Source: Microcoleaceae cyanobacterium
Lineage (GTDB): Bacteria > Cyanobacteriota > Cyanobacteriia > Cyanobacteriales > Microcoleaceae
Assembly (NCBI GenBank): GCA_051652765.1
Contig: JBOFUV010000002.1
Location: 1 to 29,388 of the forward strand
DNA length: 29,388 nucleotides
Reading direction: 5' to 3'
Below, piece after piece: positions 26,853 through 29,388 of this stretch. Numbering within the stretch: position 1 is the first letter of the stretch; each line of letters starts with the position of its first letter. The position numbers and the translations under genes are program-made. The notes beneath the pieces are model-generated. The model did not search any database, was not told the DNA's origin, and was given only the letters and a program-made list of their open reading frames with translations.

Positions 26853-27683
26853 CTAGCCAATGGGTTGCTTGCGACGACCGCCCAGAATTCCCAAGGTTTT
26901 TAAACCCGTCCAGCCAATCACAATATAACCAATCGACAGTAACAAGCTACTGAGTCCAGTTTGTAGGCTGGATTTCAGAGAGCGAACTTTTGCTTCCTGC
27001 TCTAGTTCTTGCTTGCGTTCCTGAATTTGGGTCTTGAGTTGATCAGGCAGGGTATCCGCTTGCTGTTCGAGGAATTGATCCAGGGCAGCAGGGTTCGTCT
27101 TGGCTTCTTCGAGGACAGCTTTAACTGGTTCAGGCAGATTACCACTGGCTAACAGTTCATCGAGTTGTTGCTCATTTTGCAGCAATTGACTGAACTGACT
27201 CCGCAATTGAGTTTTGCGCTGAGTCACTTGTTGTTGAAATTCATTACTGCCCAATCGGCTATCGAGCTGAGTTTCAGCTTGACTCGCCTGTTGACCAATC
27301 TGGGAAAGCGCCTCAGCCCTAGCCAAGCGAGTATTGTTCAAATGCAGGGGAAAGAGCAACAGATACAACAAGCCCAACAGACTAGCCAAAATCGAGATCC
27401 AAAATCTTAAATCAGCGAAGAGCTTTGTGGGTCGTTGGGTGCCTCCTGAGGCAGCACTATCCATCCAAAAGCCAATAATCACCAAAGCCATCCCAACCAT
27501 AGGCACAATGCCCCGATCAACTAGCTGGCTGGCTGTGTTAAGCTGCCAAGCTCGCTCCATGAGCTGAGGAGGAAACAACAGAATTAAATAGTCAACTACA
27601 GCAGACAGAATTAAAATCCCCCCGATCAGCTTTACAAGCTGGGCCGCTGTAGAAGAGAATGAACGGCTAGTCGTTGCTTTCAT
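26853..27683 (-). CDS. hpsJ: HpsJ-like membrane protein (cyanobacterial exopolysaccharide/motility locus)
   Basis: Three N-terminal TM segments with WQ...QLVDRGIVPMVG and LLFPLHLNN, a Gln-rich coiled coil, and a C-terminal TM segment. Confidence 0.8.
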   Translation of the reverse strand: MKATTSRSFSSTAAQLVKLIGGILILSAVVDYLILLFPPQLMERAWQLNTASQLVDRGIVPMVGMALVIIGFWMDSAASGGTQRPTKLFADLRFWISILASLLGLLYLLLFPLHLNNTRLARAEALSQIGQQASQAETQLDSRLGSNEFQQQVTQRKTQLRSQFSQLLQNEQQLDELLASGNLPEPVKAVLEEAKTNPAALDQFLEQQADTLPDQLKTQIQERKQELEQEAKVRSLKSSLQTGLSSLLLSIGYIVIGWTGLKTLGILGGRRKQPIG

Positions 27684-27831
27684 AAGATCACGTCACAGAA
27701 ATAAACAGTGTTGTTCAAATAAAAAAATACAAGGTTTTGCCTCAAGAAATTCAATGGATTCCCTTAATGCAAGAGTATTGAATTTCGATAAAGCTACCCT
27801 AGCATACCTTCTCTGCTTGCAAGGATAACAA

Positions 27832-28398
27832 ATGGGATCTCCAGGGTCACTCAATTTTATATTCGTATATTCTCTAGAAGAATTGCAACAAGCGATCGCC
27901 ACCAATCCAACCGCTTGGCGACCCCTTGTTTTAACCAATGGTTGCTTTGATTTGCTTCACGCAGGTCATGTGCGGTATCTTCAGGCGGCAAAAGCATTGG
28001 GGCGATCGCTCGTGGTTGGCCTCAATAGTGACCAGTCGGTACAAACCATCAAGCCCGCAAAACCTGGACAGCCTCCCCGACCTATTATTCCCCAGGAACA
28101 ACGAGCTGAAGTCCTTGCTGCCCTCAAGCCTGTGGATGCTGTGGTGATTTTTTCGGAACCGACCGCAACCCAATTAATTGAACACCTGAAGCCGGATATC
28201 TACGTTAAAGGGGGAGACTACACGGTAGAAACTTTGCCAGAAGCCCCGGCAATTCTGGCCTATGGGGGTGAGATTGCGTTGATTCAGTTTGAAGTGCCCA
28301 GCTCAACGAGTGCCATTGTGAATCAAATTTTGCAAACCTCCCAGCAAGGATTTGAACAGTCGGATTTGCGACCCGATAGCCTGGGTGGCTCAGCTTAA
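27832..28398 (+). CDS. RfaE domain II/HldC-type sugar-phosphate nucleotidyltransferase (cytidylyltransferase family)
   Basis: TNGCFDLLHAGHVRYL, VVGLNSDQSV, YVKGGDY, SSTSAIV. Confidence 0.92.
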   Translation: MGSPGSLNFIFVYSLEELQQAIATNPTAWRPLVLTNGCFDLLHAGHVRYLQAAKALGRSLVVGLNSDQSVQTIKPAKPGQPPRPIIPQEQRAEVLAALKPVDAVVIFSEPTATQLIEHLKPDIYVKGGDYTVETLPEAPAILAYGGEIALIQFEVPSSTSAIVNQILQTSQQGFEQSDLRPDSLGGSA

Positions 28399-28406
28399 GC
28401 TTGCTG

Positions 28407-28415
28407 TGGTATAAT
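28407..28415 (+). promoter_or_regulatory. Extended -10 element (TGnTATAAT), possible gun4 promoter
   Basis: TGGTATAAT is a perfect consensus right after the 28398 stop, about 280 bp upstream of gun4. Confidence 0.4.
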
Positions 28416-28696
28416 TAAGGGTCTAGTTTACTTGATGTCCCACCCCACGTTCATGCTGCCAGTTAGATCGCTGTATCCTACAAGCGTTATTTATTTAGAA
28501 GTTTATTCAGATCCGATCCAGAGCGATCGCCCTAAATCCTCTGTAAAAAGGAGGACTCGAGTCGCTGAGGTGTCCCTCACTGATATAAAACCCCCTGCAA
28601 TTCCTATCTCTCAACTCACTCCTGTCTCTCAACTCCTGTAAAGTTAAGATGTAGCTTATGTTTTCGTTCTTGCTGACAGGCTCCTGAACGCTCCTT

Positions 28697-29388
28697 ATGA
28701 CTAACTTGATGCCGTCTTCAGAATCCGGTACACCCATTAACATTACTGAACTCTGTACCAAACTCAATACCGATTCAGAGAAAAATCAGCTCCAAGTGAT
28801 TCAGTCCCTTGGTGAAGCGGGTGAACAGGGTTGGCAAGAGTTGATGAAATTTTTAGCCAAGCGTCAGCCTCACCTCCCCAGCGTGGCTGCGGGTAAAGCC
28901 TATCAGATGCTCTTCCAGGCTGACTCCTTACAGGTTACCGAATATCTCCAAACCCAGTTTCCTCAGGGGATTGTCCCGTTACAGTCTGAAGTAGGAGTGG
29001 ACTATTGCTTACTTCAGGAGCTATTAGTAAAGCTGGACTTTCAAGCCGCTGACAAGCTCACCCTGGAGAAAGTCTGTGAACTGGCAGGTTCCGCTGCAAT
29101 GGAGCGAGGATGGTTATATTTCTCTGAGGTCAGGCAGTTTCCTCGCACCGACCTTCGAACGATTGATACCCTCTGGCAGGTTTATTCAGAAGGGAAATTT
29201 GGTTATTCGGTACAACGCAAGCTGTGGCTGAGTCTGGACAAAAACTGGGACAAGTTATGGCCAAAGATTAATTGGCGCAAAGCGGGGGTCTGGACACGGT
29301 ATCCCCAAGAATTCACCTGGGATCTGACCGCACCTCCGGGGCATCTTCCCCTGTCCAATCAGTTGCGAGGGGTACGAGTTATGGAGGC
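28697..29388 (+). CDS. gun4: Gun4 (Ycf53) porphyrin-binding Mg-chelatase activator, 3'-partial; absent from the ORF track
   Basis: Open from ATG 28697 (or 28709) to the window end: EKNQLQVIQ...GIVPLQSEVGVDY...AADKLT...WLYFSEV...DLRTIDTLW..YSEGKFGYSVQR...WTRYP.EFTWDLTAPPGHLPLSNQLRGVRVM. Confidence 0.95.
   Translation, partial: MTNLMPSSESGTPINITELCTKLNTDSEKNQLQVIQSLGEAGEQGWQELMKFLAKRQPHLPSVAAGKAYQMLFQADSLQVTEYLQTQFPQGIVPLQSEVGVDYCLLQELLVKLDFQAADKLTLEKVCELAGSAAMERGWLYFSEVRQFPRTDLRTIDTLWQVYSEGKFGYSVQRKLWLSLDKNWDKLWPKINWRKAGVWTRYPQEFTWDLTAPPGHLPLSNQLRGVRVME

Larger units (their letters stand above)
1353..28530. repeat. Dispersed HIP1 octamers (GCGATCGC), about 20 copies
   Basis: Examples at 1353, 4756, 12689, 21962 and 28523. 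Over-representation of HIP1 is characteristic of many cyanobacteria. Counted by eye. Confidence 0.9.

Overview
Cyanobacterial chromosomal window (about 20 HIP1 GCGATCGC octamers, chlH, gun4, hpsJ-like gene, Uma2 genes). Core or typical genes: a 5'-partial CHAT protease with a Pro/Thr linker, an RTX Ca-binding protein, mgtE, a PAS-GGDEF-EAL protein, chlH, a GT2 glycosyltransferase, hpsJ-like, an RfaE/HldC-type nucleotidyltransferase and a 3'-partial gun4. Two accessory modules stand out. (1) 8885-13968: GH13 glycoside hydrolase, EF-hand transaldolase-family gene, deleted histidine phosphatase, glycerol dehydrogenase. The 'transaldolase' carries Gln and Tyr at the positions of E. coli TalB Glu96 and Phe178, which is the fructose-6-phosphate aldolase (FSA) signature. 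This suggests a glucan/F6P <-> dihydroxyacetone <-> glycerol shunt built from a cyanobacterial TalB paralog. (2) 20438-25678: a tightly spaced three-gene operon (DUF559/Vsr-like nuclease, winged-helix-like protein, 1101-aa double P-loop ATPase with a C-terminal HerA/FtsK-like domain), a candidate defence system that I cannot assign to a named family. The region 13950-16090 is a mosaic of gene fragments (UPF0175, WD40, permuted Uma2 halves). No rRNA, tRNA or CRISPR array was seen. All calls come from reading the sequence by eye; no searches were run.
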